Source: Mobula hypostoma (taxonomy: Eukaryota). From it: a stretch of DNA of 64,000 nt. The stretch is taken from NCBI RefSeq assembly GCF_963921235.1, contig NC_086097.1, forward strand, positions 198,650,001 through 198,714,000. The letters run 5' to 3'. Both the position numbers and the translations under genes were made by a program. Positions 26,005 through 39,157 of this stretch are shown in pieces; within the stretch, counting starts at the first letter, position 1, and the number at the start of each line of letters is the position of its first letter. The notes beneath the pieces were generated by a model that saw nothing but the letters and a program-made list of their open reading frames with translations, had not been told where the DNA came from and searched no databases.

Positions 26005-28741
26005 CAGGGGTGTCAAACTACTGGCCCTCGGGATAATTTGGGGGGAAAAAAAGTATATTCACGACCATTTATTATGTATCTGTACGGCAGCCGCTCTCTC
26101 TCCCACCGCTGTCTGTGCCGCCTGCCGCGCCGGCCGCTTGCTGTGTGTACTTAGAAAACAATAGGCGGCAGTTAACCACCCGCTGTGCATAAGCACCTAC
26201 CACCCTGCACTGAAGACCACTAGGGCCTCACTTACGTCCTCAGACACAGTATAAACACACAGAGTACTCAGGTAAGTAACACCTGTAGCAAGGCTGAGAG
26301 TGTTTGCTGCTGTGGTTCAAAATGCTTTCCAAGGAAAGAAAAGTTGACATCGCAGGTTGGATATTCAACGATAATTGCAAAGATCGTTTTTTCTTCTGTG
26401 AGGTCAACGGCAAACCTATGTGCCTGATATGCTCGCAACAAGTGGCTGTGGCAAAGGGATACAATATCAAACGACACTATGAGATGTCACACGGAGAAAA
26501 ATATGACAAGTACGCAGGATGACTCAGAACGCAAAAGGTAAACGAGCTTGAAGCAGCTCTGAAAAAACAGCAATCAGTGTTCACCAAAAGTCGAGAGACT
26601 CATGATGAAGCTGTCAAAGCCAGCTATATTATTCCCAACAAAATAGCTGCTGCGTCGAAGCCATACTCAGACAGAGAATTCATCAAAGCATGCACGCTGA
26701 CAGCGGCTGAGCTGGTGTGCCCAAAGAAGAGACAGGCTTTTGGTAATTTCAGCTTGTCAAGAAATACTGTGGCAGAGAGAATTGGAGATCTTGCAGGAGG
26801 TTTGAACAGGCAACTAAAAGACAAAATGAAGTAATTTATTGCCTTCTCTATTGCAATTGATGAGAGCACCGACGTTACTGATGTAGCTCAACTGGAAATA
26901 TTTATTCGTGGTGTTGATGCATCTTCGACCGTCACCGAGGGGTTTGTGGAGATGGTGTCCATGACGAACACCACAATGGTGAACGACGTTTTCTCCAGCC
27001 TCATCAAGGCCTTGGACAGACTGGGGGTTGACTGGAGTCACGCTGTCAGCGTGGCAACGGATGGCGCACCGTCCTTGGTCGGGGAAAACGGCAGGTGTTG
27101 CAAAACTCGGAGAGAAAGTTCAGACGGAGAATCCGGAGCAGGAATTCCAGAATTTTCATTGTATTATACACCAAGAGGCGTTATGTAGCAGGAGCCTGAA
27201 AATGGACAATGTCATGGATGTAGTAATCAAAACAGTTATTTTTATTAGAGCCAAGGGACTCAACCATCGGCAAATTGACAATCTTTTGTCCGAAAGTAGT
27301 ATTGGACATGGCCTACCCTACCACACTGAAGTCAGCTGGTTGAGCAGAAGGCTGTGCTCAAACGTTTTTTTTCAATTACGTGTGGAAATTGGACTATTCA
27401 TGAAGGAGAAAGGGAAGCCAGTGACAGAGTTCGATGACACAGACTGGCTTCATGATCTTGCATTTTTGGTAGTTATAACAGAGCACTTAAATGTGCTTAA
27501 TGTTGACATGCAAAGCCGCAACAAACTTGTTACGGATTACTACGACAGCATTCGTGCCTTTCAAATTAAATTAGGCCTGTGGGAGATGCAACTATCCCAG
27601 AGCAACCCAGCTCATTTCCCCTCTTTGCAGTCTGTGCATGTCATTCATGGGAATGATGACAACATGAACAGCTACAAGGGCAAAATATCATGACTGAAAC
27701 ATGAGTTTCAGAATCGTTTCCAAGTCTTCATTCAGCTCGAGAAGGAATTCTGACTATTTTGCTCGCCATTTGCCATCAACGCAGCGGCAGATGTGCCGGA
27801 GGAACTCCAAATGGAACTAATTGAAATTCAGTGTAACTCAGCTTTGAAATATAAATTTGAGACTGTGGCTCTGGACTCATTCTATCAATACCTGGGACTG
27901 ATGTACCCCAAGATGACAGACTTTGCCAGAAAGACCCTTTGCATGTTCGGGACAACATATCTCTGTGAGCAGGCGTTCTCCATAATGAACATTAACAAAT
28001 CCAAACTGTACTTGCAGCTGACACACAGACAGCTAAATGGCATTATGAAAACCACAACTGCCCAGAAACTAGTCTCTGATGTTGACAGGCTGGTTAAAGC
28101 CAAGAGATGTCAGGTGTCTGGAAGCAACAAGTGAAAAATGAGTGACATTGTTCGATGCACTGCGGCATGTAAGCAAAATGCATTATGAAATATTGAGTGT
28201 CATAATATTGTGATTCATTCATTTTTCTGATTATTCTATTATTGTATATGTGATCACTTCAATAAAAATTAGAGGCTAATTGTGTTTATTGTCTGAGTTT
28301 GATTGCTGGAAGCAGGCTAATAAAAATTAGGTGCAGTTGTGTAGCCTACATTTACAATTTGTTTTGTTAGGTCTACGTTTGTGTCTGCTAATGTTCGATT
28401 TCAAATGGTTTATTAATGGAAAGGGTGTGGCTCCCAAAACAATCTTAGCCAAAACAGCATCATTTTTTCTCTCTCTCATCACAACTTCCTTGTAGCCTAT
28501 GACTGTAAGTTAATACCAATCATAAAAACAATGCTTGCTAGCCAATCTTCTTCATAAGAAATGAAATTCATAAAGTGAAACACTTTGTAGTTATAGCAGA
28601 GACTGAGGCACTTGAGAGCAGGTTGAAAAAACGAAGGCAACGAAAGCTGTGGGAGCACGCGCATGCACAATTGATCCGGCCCGCATGAAGTTGCATTTAG
28701 CCCAATCCGGCCCGTGACCTAAAATGAGTTTGACACCCCTG
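26005..28741 (+). mobile_element. hAT DNA transposon, Buster/Charlie (GTF2IRD2/SPIN-like) family, full length
   Basis: 15-bp TIRs CAGGGGTGTCAAACT / AGTTTGACACCCCTG; 8-bp TSD ctgcaata / ctgtaata, with the central TA typical of Buster elements in the right copy. Confidence 0.95.
26322..28134 (+). pseudogene. Disrupted hAT transposase
   Basis: BED-like CLIC..HY..H; catalytic motifs DESTD, TDGAP and YLCEQAFS; CIIH motif; stops at about 26520, 26832 and 27691 and a frameshift near 27085. Confidence 0.9.
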
Positions 28742-29539
28742 CTGTAATACCATGGTTTCTTAACTTGGTAAGCAGCCTCATGTGTGGCAGCTTGTCAAAG
28801 GCCTTCTGAAAGTCCAAATATACAACATCCACTGCATCCCCTTTATCTATCCTACTTGTAATCTCTTCAAAGAATTCCAACAGGTTCGTCAGGCAGGATT
28901 TTCACTAAAGGAAACCATGCTGACTTTGTCCCTTCTTGTCCTGTGTCACCAAGTACTCTATCATCCTTAACAATTGACTCTAACATCTTCCTAACCACTG
29001 AGATCAGGCTAACTGGTCTATAATTTCTTTCTGCTGCCTTCCTCCTTTCCTAATGAGTGGAGTAACATTTGCAGTTTTCCAGTCCTCTGGCACCATGCCA
29101 GAGTCCAATGAATTTTGAAAGATCATTTCTAATGCCGTCACAATCTCTAACGCTACCTCTTTCAGAACCCTAGGGAGCAGCAATTAATGGATCAAACAAG
29201 TAATCAAAGCAGGTAAATACAAACAATAGCTGTTAGCAATTGAAATTTATTGTACAAATAAAAGGTAAATGTTCAGTAAATAGATTTAGTCAACAGATTT
29301 GACAAGTAATTTAAATGCCCCACTTAACTGCAGAGAAATTTCTCTTTTCCAATGAGTTAATAAAATAACTGTGGTAATGAACCGAATGTCATGGTAATAA
29401 TAAAAGCAATATGTGAAATAAGAAATATTCCCAAACTATTTCTGTAAATAAAGGAAGTGCCAAGGTTGCTATTATGTACTGCTTATAACTAATACTTCAA
29501 AGTTTCAACCATCACCATAAGAACTGAGAAGAGACAGAT

Positions 29540-30660
29540 TGAGAATCAGAATCAGGTTTAATATCACCGGCATATGTTGTGAAACTTGTCGTTTTGCGGC
29601 AGCAGTACAATGCATTGAGGCAGCTCACCCTATTCTTCTTAGACACTGGTATGACTTTTGAAGCAGGTGGGAACCTCTAATTGCAACAGTGAGAGACTGA
29701 AGATGTCCTTGAATACTCCTGCTGGTTGGTCGTCATAGGTTTTCAGAGCCTGACCAGGCACATCATCAGACCCTGGCGCCTTGCAAGGGCTTACCCTCTT
29801 GAAAATGATCTGACATCAGCCTCTGGGACAGAGATCACAGGCTCACCAGGTGCTGCGGACATTTGCAAAGGTGTCATTTTAATCTCCCTTTCAAAGTGAG
29901 CATTAAAGGCATGGAGCTCATCTGGGACTGAAGCATCATAGCCATTCATGCTGTTAGGTTTCATTTTGTAGGAAGTAATGTCCTGCAAACCCTGCCAGAG
30001 CTGACATGCATCCAATTCCATCTCAAAGTAGTCCTGTAAGCCCTCCTGCACCTCCCTTGACCACAGCCTTTTGGTTCTCCTTGATCCTGCAGTCTGCTCC
30101 CAGTCTCTGTCTATACACTGGGAGCAGAAATACAGCTAGATGACTGGACCTTCCGTGTGGGTGTGGGGTGGCACCGTAAACATTCTCGATGGCGGTACAA
30201 AGATTGTCAAGTGTGTTGACTCCTCTGCTTCCACAGGTCATATGTTGGTGATAGATTTTCAGAGATTTCTTCAAGCTGACCTATTTGAAATCTCCTGCAA
30301 CCATAAGGAAGGCCTCAGAGTGTGCAGTTTCATGCCTACTCTTTTCTTTGCTCAGCTCTTGCAGTGCCTGCCTAATGTTAACCTGCAGTGGAATGTACAC
30401 CACTACCAGGATGCTGGTGGAAAACTCACTTTCCAGATAAAATGGATGACATTTGACAGCTAGATAGGTCAAGTGAGCAGGACTGAGAAAGACTGCAATA
30501 TTTGTGCTCCACGATGAATTAATCATAAAGCATACTCCACCTCCTCTGCCTCTAAAAGACTGAGCTGTCCTGCCTTTGTGGAGAATGGTGAAGCTATCGG
30601 GCTGCCGCTTGGCATCTGTAATAGCCATGTTTCTTTAAAGCAGAGCACACAGCAGTCCAT
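29540..30660 (-). mobile_element. Decayed Rex-type LINE including the endonuclease domain
   Basis: ORF 30281-30628 GRGGGVCFMINSSW...VVVYIP...VAGDF; (agaatc)n tail at about 29540. Confidence 0.8.
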
Positions 30661-30661
30661 A

Positions 30662-31160
30662 CGACCATAAGACATAGGAGCAGAATTAAGCCATTCAGGC
30701 CATCGAGTCCACTCTGCCATTCCATTGTAGCTGATCCCAGATCCCACTCAACCCCATATACCTGCCTTCTCGCCATATCTTTTGATGCCCTGACCAATCA
30801 GGAAACTATCGACTTCACCTTAAATATATCCACGGACTTGGCCACCACAGTCTGTGGCAGAGCATTTCACAGATTCACTACACTCTGGCTAAAAAAAATC
30901 ATCCTTACCTCTATCCTAAAAGGTCGCCCTTTGAGGCTGTGCCCTCTAGTTCTGGATACCCCTCCAGAGGAAACATCCTCTCCACATCCACCTTATCTAG
31001 TCCTTTCAACATTTGGCAAGTTTCAATGAAATCCTCACACATTCTTCTAAATTCCAGTGAGTTCTACTGTTCCTTTTACCAAAATGGATTATCATACATT
31101 TCCCAACACTGTATTCCATCTGCCACATTTTTTATCCATTCTTCCAATTTGTCTAAGTCC
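30662..31160 (-). mobile_element. CR1 3' fragment
   Basis: gaccataagacataggagc tail and CR1 3' sequence. Confidence 0.8.
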
Positions 31161-31164
31161 TGCT

Positions 31165-31635
31165 TCTTTGTGATCTTCAGGCACAGAGCTCAAAAAAAGC
31201 GACATAATGGACTTCTAACAGCGTAAACCAGTGAGTTGTTGTTATGTTTCCCCGCTTGCTGGGAAAATGCAGATACCTCCCTCTCCCGTATTAGGGAGAG
31301 AGAGAACCTGTGGTATGTCGAATGCCAGATGAAACGCGAACTCTTTGGGGTAACTGCAAGTCTGTGTCTTTGCTGTTGCCTTACTCATGTTTCAGTGATC
31401 GGTGGCAGTGCTGATACGTTTTTTTTGCTGGTGGGTGGAGGGGGGATCATTGCTCGCTGCCGCTTACGTGCGGTGGGGGGGGAGTTGGGGGTGACTTTGC
31501 GGTTTTCACGTTTAACTGTCGTTCATTCTTTGGGGCATTTCTCTGTTTTCGTGGATGTTTGTGAAGAAAAAGCATTTCAGGATGTATATTGTATACATTT
31601 CTCTGACATTAAATTGGACCTTTGAACCTCTGAAC
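31165..31635 (+). mobile_element. Non-autonomous retroposon or LINE 3' UTR
   Basis: ATTAAA followed by a tail with repeated tgaac; CpG-rich body. Confidence 0.5.
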
Positions 31636-32049
31636 AATGCTGCTTACTGAAGTGCCCATGCCTGTGACTGGATTTCAGATGTAGCTCTCCTCAATGAGAA
31701 CTGTTGCTGATTCCCATTGGAGCTGCATGTAACAAGTCACCACTTAATGGTGCCATCTTACTGGACTGATAAAAGTATCAGTCACTTTTGTATGTTCACA
31801 ACATCTTTAATGGGAACATCGCCAGTGTCTGCATCTGTGTTGAAGACAACAGCTGGCATACTCAACCTCTGAATAATTCACAGGCTCTGTTAGGGCATCA
31901 AGCAGGATATGCTACTGATGACAGTTGTGTGGAGAAAAACTTTTACTTGGTTAACATGATACTAACTAGCCTTTCCATTGTCCACCAGAGTTTTATATAG
32001 AAGGGTTAGCTTTATGAGCATATGTGGTCCCCTATATTTGACAATAGCT

Positions 32050-32500
32050 GGGTTGAATCACTGGAGTATGATTTCTTGTCCAGTATTATAGCCATTAGTG
32101 TAACCTTTCCAATAATTGACCACATCTTTTGTTGTTTGGAAGAGATCAAGATGTTGAAGAGTCTAGAAACCTGTTATGGGACACCCAGTCATGAACTGTA
32201 ATGGACTAAATCCCGTAGAAGTAGAGATAGTGTTACAGATAATCTTAAACATGATGGCTGCCCAACTGGAATCGTGCTGTTAATCAGCCTTGCATCATAA
32301 AATTTTTAGAGTAAGCAGTAATTTTTTAAGTTACCATATCTTCAGCAACGTCACTTGATCAGGAAAATTTCAGCTTGATACCAAACAAGGCTATAATATA
32401 TTGTTTAACCATACCTATAAATTAACCAGACTGGTCAGAATCAATTACACAGGTAAAACCCAACAAGTAAGAATCTGTGTTTCTAAAATTTATACTGCAC
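32050..32500 (-). pseudogene. Degraded retroviral-type integrase core
   Basis: Manual translation across stops and shifts: LETQILTCW-GF.CVIDSDQSG*FIG...LFGIKLKF and SSWAAIMFKIICNTISTSTGFSPLQFMTG, matching rve-type IxSDQG and T..STG.SP..L..G motifs. Confidence 0.7.
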
Positions 32501-33369
32501 CTTCAGCTGTGTTAATTCTTTGTGGGAAGCTTTAACCCACTAAGTGAAGGTACAGTATTCACAATAAAAAGCCCCCCCCCCTTGCATTGTGGGGTCCAAC
32601 ATAATCAATGTGTAATCAGTTCACTGACCCTCATTTTCATTTTACTAGACAAACACATTACACATTTGCAATTTAGGAGACAAGAGTCTTGGCTGCTTAT
32701 TTACATTTTAGAAGACAAACACTATCATTATATTAAAAGCAGCTTTTCAAAATAACTCTAAAACTCAAATACTGTGTGTCAAAAGTCTTGAGCCACATTT
32801 TTAAATCTTTTTTTGAAAAAGCGACATTTAATATTACTTCCCTGTTATTCTGATCTATTACCTAAACTACCAATTTTAAATTCCTCATTTAAGTATACAT
32901 TAATCACCCATTTCACCAAATGACTATTTCCCTCCGAAGTGTGGGAATGGCATATCCATGACGGAGACATTCACATTTCCAGAACCTTAACCTAGATTCC
33001 ACATGGCCAGTGAGCAATCCAGGTCTCTCTCTAAGATCAATTCCAAAGAAAACAAACAAAAGAACACAAACTAAACACACAGATAGAACAAGACGATAAT
33101 CCATGCTTGCACTTTTGTTCTTCAGAAATAACTAGGAAAGCTAGAATAGTTATCTTCCACCGTAAAAATTTTAACACATGTTCCAAAGAACAAAGGAAAA
33201 GTAGAAAAGTAGATGGGTGGGGCCCCACATACAAAATCGTTTACAGAACTCTATCCCCTGTATCCTCTTGACTGTATGGCCAGATTCTGCTCCAACACCA
33301 TCTACAGCTTTACAGATAATACCACCATAATGGGCCGTATCTTAAATAACACTGAGCTGGAGTATAGGA

Positions 33370-34130
33370 AGTAAGATTTATTATTAGAGTACATACATGT
33401 CGCCACATACAACCCTGAGATTCTTTTTCTGTGGGCATACTTCGCAAATCTATAGAACAGTAACTGTAAACTGGATCTGTAAACTGTAAACATCAAGAAC
33501 TGTAAACTGTAAACAAACTGTGCAAGTGGAGATAATAAATAAATAGTAATAAATAACAAACATGAAATAACAAGATAAAAGAGTTCTTATATGAAGTAGT
33601 TATTTATCCCATTTTGTACCTTTCCCTTAATGTCCGTTAAAAAAAAAGCTGGTCATTAGTTTCAGGGAGTGAAATATTGCACATGTTCCTGTTTACATCA
33701 ATGGTGCTGAAGTGAGGAGGTTTGAAAGCTTCAAGTTCCAGGGAGTGAACATCATTAATAGTCTGTCCATGTCCTACTGCATTGATGACATCGCCAAGGA
33801 AGCTCACTGGAGCCTCTACTTCATCAGAGGGCTAAAGAAGTTTGGCATATCCCCATTGATCTTCACCAGTTTCTATTGATACATCATTGCTTAGTATGGC
33901 AACTGCTCTGCCAATGACCACAAGGAAATGCAAAAAGTTGTGGACACAACTCAGAAGATCATGGAGACCAGCTTCCCCTCCATGGACTCTGTCTGCGCTT
34001 CTCACTGCCTTGGTAAAGGAGCAACATAATCAAAGACCACACCAATCCTGGACATCCTTCTCTTTCCCTCTCCCATCGGGCAGAAAATATAAAAGCCTGA
34101 AAGCATATGCCTCTATGCTCAAGAACAGCA
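33370..34130. mobile_element. Rex-type fragments (3' UTR minus at about 33370-33620; RT C-terminus plus at about 33670-34130)
   Basis: (actgtaa)n repeats matching the 3' UTR at 40480-40650; PLPSGRKYKSLK in ORF 33887-34198. Confidence 0.7.
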
Positions 34131-34199
34131 TACCTTGGCTCACCTTGATATTGTCAGTAGGGTCAGAACTATCATTGGGACTTTTCATTAGACTGTGAG

Positions 34200-35420
34200 A
34201 CTAACGTACAAGTCTAACACCATCTCTTTAATTCAGATAGACCTTGTCTATTTAGATTTAACCTTAAGAAGAGGCCATGAGTGGCTTGCAAATGCTGTGG
34301 GATGTTCTGACCCTTTAGTTATGTACACCAATTTAACCCTCTCACAGGGTCCCCCCTATTAAACACCACAACCCCTAAAATTGCATCTTTCATTTCATCT
34401 AAAGGTCATCTACCTTTACTTTGAGGATGAGGTAAGTGAGAAATCACTGTTTTGCTAAGACAGGCCATTATCAGTGATACTTCCTCCCTGTTGTTTAACC
34501 CAGGTGGCATTCGCATTTGTGGGCCATATCAAATAACTCACATGGAATTTGGCAAGGCTCAGAAAAAGAGGTTTTATTTATTCTCTCTGCTAATAGTGTA
34601 CCAAAAATGAGGTCTCATAATGTACTGTTCCCTCTTGATCATTAGTGAATGTCCTAGTTGTTGTGAAGGGATTCATTGGTATGACTGGTGTTGTGGAAAT
34701 TTCTCAGAGGGGGTTACTGATGTATTCTGGTCACTCTCATCCAGATTATACTTGCTGGCTACTTTGTTTAACAAAGCTCCATTCTACATTCTTGCCAATC
34801 TCATTGTATACTGTCTTCGTTGTATATTATGGACATAGATGAATACCCTTTAGAACACTAAGCTACAGCTTCAGCATTTCAGTTTGCTGATGGTGTCCAG
34901 AACAGTCAGCCCACTTTTCACACTGTCAGCTTGATTATATGTATAGAGGACTTGTACCACTGCTGGCAAGTCATTACATTTATTTTCTAATTTTTTTCTG
35001 GTTTTCTCTTTTTAATTGTTTTTGTTTTCATCCTGACATTTACTTTTCTCGAGTTTCTCTTTCTAAGTGAGCCTGAATTTGATATGTGGGTGATATATTC
35101 ATTTCTCCCTTAGTTTATTTCGACTCCCACCAAGATGTTTACTATAAATTCTCAATCTGATCATTCTTTAATTGTTGCCTTAGTTTCTTGCCTTTTTTTG
35201 CTTTTTAACTTCTCGGTTCTTGTGATGCACATTCAAATGCAATTGATTTACTTAATTCTTTGTCCTTTTTGCTCTCAATAGTTCGAGCCTGCTCCCAGAG
35301 TGAATCCCCCAGGGCTTCTGTCCCCGATGAGTCTTCCTTAACTAAGGTTTTTACCTATTTGGGCCATTTTGTAATTAAAATGTTTTGCAAGACTATCTGT
35401 CACAATCACGTGTTTTTCAT
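34200..35420 (-). pseudogene. Probable degraded gag of the provirus
   Basis: Lies just downstream of the PBS; charged, coiled-coil-like reading with stops (ALGDSLWEQARTIESKKDKELSK...); no diagnostic motif recognised. Confidence 0.4.
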
Positions 35421-35551
35421 TATTGTCTGATGCTTGTGGCTATAATGCAATCACCGGTGGCAGGTATAACTATCCCAACTTTTAGTACAAAAGTTAGGTA
35501 ATTTACTTGAGTGATTCAGCTCGAGATGAAGATAAAATTACTTGTTATTGA

Positions 35552-35569
35552 GCTTATCTAAGGATGCCA
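35552..35569 (-). other. Primer-binding site, tRNA-Asn-like (decayed)
   Basis: TGGCATCCTTAGATAAGC, 2 nt after the LTR end; differs from the tRNA-Asn complement TGGCGTCCCTGGGTGGGC only by transitions. Confidence 0.7.
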
Positions 35570-35984
35570 AATGTTCCCAATTAAATACAGCACAGGATAT
35601 AAATATACTGGACAATGCCTGCGCCTAACAATTAATGTCCTTATTAATCACAACTGATTCAAACAATTCAAAGGTTTACCACATCATTTTAAACAATCAC
35701 TTAACTTTTTAGTTACATAACTCTTAGTTACCTTCATAACTTCCAAAACTCAGAACTTGTATTCAGATATCACCATTCTTGAGGAATATGGCCAGATTTT
35801 GATCTTAGCAAGCTCTTCTTTTTTTTCCCTAATTCAGGGTTGTCTTCTTCATTGGGTGGTCTCTGGAGTCACTACTGCTGGTCATCTTGTAAGGCAACAT
35901 TTTATACATTTCTTCACAAACCTCCCAATTATTGCTTAGGTCTTCATTACCCTTACATAACCTTCATTCCAATCCTTATTTTAT

Positions 35985-38035
35985 AAGACCATAAGACCAT
36001 AAGACACAGGAGAAGAATCAGGCTATCTGGCCCATCGAGTCTGCTCTGCCATGGCTGATCCTTTTTTTCTCTCTTCCTCAACCCCAGTTCCCAGCCTTCT
36101 TCCTTCACCCTTTGATGCCATGCCCAGTCAAGAACCTATCAATCTCTGTCTTAAATACACCCAACGACCTGGCCTCCACAGATGCAGGTGGCAAAAAATT
36201 CCACAAATTCACCACCCTCTGTCTAAAGAAATTTCTTTGCATCTCTGTTTTGAAAGGGCATCCCTCTGTCCTGAGCTGTGCCCTCTTGTCCTAGACTATC
36301 CCACCACAGGAAACATCTTTTCCACATCTACTCTGCTTAGGCTTTTCAATATTTGAAAGGTTTCAATGAGATCTCCCCCCTCATCCTTCTGAATTCCAGT
36401 GAGTACAGACCCAGAGTCATCAAATGTTCCTCATATGATAACCCTCCCATTACTGGAATCATCCTTGTGAACCTCCTCTGGACCCTCTCAAATGCCAGTA
36501 CATCTTTTCTAAGATGAGGGGCCCAAAACTGTGCACAATACTCAAGGTGAGGCCTCACCAGTGCCTTATAAAGCCTCAGCATCACATCCTTGCTCTTGTA
36601 ATAAGTGCTAACATGGCATTTGCCTTCCTCACCACCGACTCAACCTGCAAGTTAACCTTTAGGATTTCCTGCATAATGACTCCAAGTTCCTCTGCATCTC
36701 TGCTTCCTGGATTTTCTCCTCATTTAGAAAATAGTCCGCACATTTATTTCTACTCACAAAGTGCATGACCCTGTATTTTTCAACATTGTATTTTATTTGC
36801 TACTCTCTTGCCCATTCTTCTAATCTGTCCAAGTCCTTCTGCATCCTACCTGTTTCCTCAACACTATCTGCCCCTCCACCAATCTTCATATCATCTGCAA
36901 ACTTGGCACAAAGCCATCTATTCCATCATCTAAATCATTTATATACAGCATAAAAAGAAGTGGTCCCTACACCAACCCCTGTGGAACACCACTAGTCACT
37001 GGTAGCCAACCAGAAAAGGATCCTTTTATTCCCACTAGCTACCTCTTAGCTATAAGGCAATGCTTTAACCATGTTAGTAACTTTCCTGTAATACCATGGG
37101 CTCTTAACTTGGTAAGCAGCCTCATGTGTGGCACCTTGTCAAAGGCCTTCTTAAAGTCCAAATATACAACATCCACTGCATCCCCTTTATCTATCCTACT
37201 TGTAATCTCCTCAAAGAATTCCAACATGTTCATCAGGCAGGATTTTCCCTGAAGGAAATCATGCTGACTTTGTATTATCTTGTCCTGTGTCACCAAGTAC
37301 TCCATCACCTCATACTTAACAATTGACTCTAACATCTTCCCAACCACTGAGGTCAGGCTAACTGGTTTATAATTTACTTTCTGCTGCCTTCCTCCTTTCC
37401 TAAAGAGTGGAGTAACATTTGTAATTTTCCAGTCCTCTGGCACCATGCCAGAATCCAATGATTTTTGAAAGTTCATTTCTAATGCCACCACAATCTTTAA
37501 CACTACTTCTTTCAGAACCCTACGGTGCAGTTCCTCTGATCTGGGTGACTTATGTACCGTTAGGTCTTTCAGCTTTTTGATCACCTTCTCTCTTGGAATA
37601 GTAACTGCACCCACTTCTCTTCCTTCACACACTACAACATCAGGCATACTGCTAGTGTTTTCCATAGTGAAGACTGACGCAAAATACTCATTTAGTTTAG
37701 CAGCCATCTCCTTGTCCCCATTATCATTTCTCCTGTCTCATTTTCTAGAGGTCCTATATCCACTCTCATTTCTCTTTTATTTGTAACATACTTGAAAAAA
37801 CTTTTACTATCCACTTTGATATTATTTGCTAGATTGCTTTCATATTTCATCTTTTCCCTTCTAATGATATTTTAGTTGCTCTCTGTAGGTTTTTAAAAAT
37901 TTCCCAATCCTCTATCTTCTCAATAATTTTTGCTTTGTTGTGTGCCCTTTCTTTTGCTTTTACAATAGTTTTGACTTCCCTTGTCAGCCTCGGTTGCACT
38001 ATTTTACCATTTGTGTATTTCTTCATTTTTGGAAT
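35985..38035 (-). mobile_element. CR1 LINE, 5'-truncated
   Basis: (taagacca)n tail; RT ORFs 36346-36585 and 37039-37707 (DFKKAFDKV). Confidence 0.9.
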
Positions 38036-39157
38036 ACACATGTGTGAGCATGTGTTTCCTTAAATTCTTAAAATTGTAATAGAGTCAAAGAACACTGCAA
38101 CACAGAAACAGGCCCTTCAGCCCATCTATGCTGAACTATTAATCTGCCTAGTCCCACTATTTCAGCACCCGGACCATAGCGCTCCATATCCCTCCCGTCT
38201 TTCTTGGTAACATTCTCGAAAAACTTTATAAGATTGGTTAGACATGACATACAATTCACAAAGCTATATTGTCTATCCAAGTACATATATACATCTGGCC
38301 ACTCAGAATGCATTCTAATAACTTAACCGCTGCTAATGTCAGGCTCACTGGAATATAATATCCTGGCTTATTCTTAGAGTCTTTCTTAAACAGTGGACCA
38401 ACATTTGCTATCTTTCAATCCTCCAGCACCTCACCTGTGGCTAAGAACATTTTAAATATCTCTACTAGGGTGCCAGCAGCTTCTGCACTGGTCTCCTACA
38501 GGGTCTCAGGAAACACCTTATCAGGCCATATCCCATGTAAGTACCAATGCAAAAAAATCCATTTAGTATCTCCCCCATTTCTTTTGGCTGCATGCATTGG
38601 TGACCACTCTGATCTTTCAGAGGACCAATTTTAACCCTTGCTATCCTTTTGATCTTAATATATCTGTCGAAGCTCTTGGGATTTTCCTTTACCTTGTCTG
38701 CTAGAGTAACCTCATGCCTTCTTTTAGTCCTCCTGATTTCCTTCTTAAGTATTGTCTTGTATTTCATATATTCTCAAGTATCTCTTTTGCTCCTTCCTTC
38801 CTGTACCTACTATGCACCTTCTTCTGTTTCTTAACCAGAACTTCAATACCTCTCAAAAATCAAGGTTCCCTAAATTTGTTATCCTTGCCTTTTATTTTGA
38901 CAGGAATGTACAGACTCTCTACTCTCAACATTTCACTTCTGGAGGCGTCCCAGTTCCCAAATACACCTTTGCCAGAAAACAACCTAATCCAAACTCTAAC
39001 CTAATCTACATTTGCTAGATGCTTTCTGATACCATCCAATGTGCTCTTCTCCCAATTCAAAATCTTAACCCAAAATTAACTCTGTAATTACTTTGAAACT
39101 AATGGCATTATGATAACCAGATGCAAAGTGTTTCCCTACACAAACTTCCGTCACCTG

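Larger units (their letters stand above)
22750..29180 (-). mobile_element. Decayed CR1 LINE hosting a Penelope-like element and a hAT transposon
   Basis: Tail at about 22750; ORF 23062-23244 (ERVQRKFTRMIPG); sequence continues across both inserts. Confidence 0.9.

Noticed and set aside
26322..28134. Domesticated GTF2IRD2/ZBED-like gene
   Set aside because: Flanked by TIRs and a TSD, and disrupted by stops
32913..33104. Hydrophobic 63-aa ORF as env or a membrane protein
   Set aside because: Lies between gag and integrase positions, so wrong place for env; low-complexity T-rich origin
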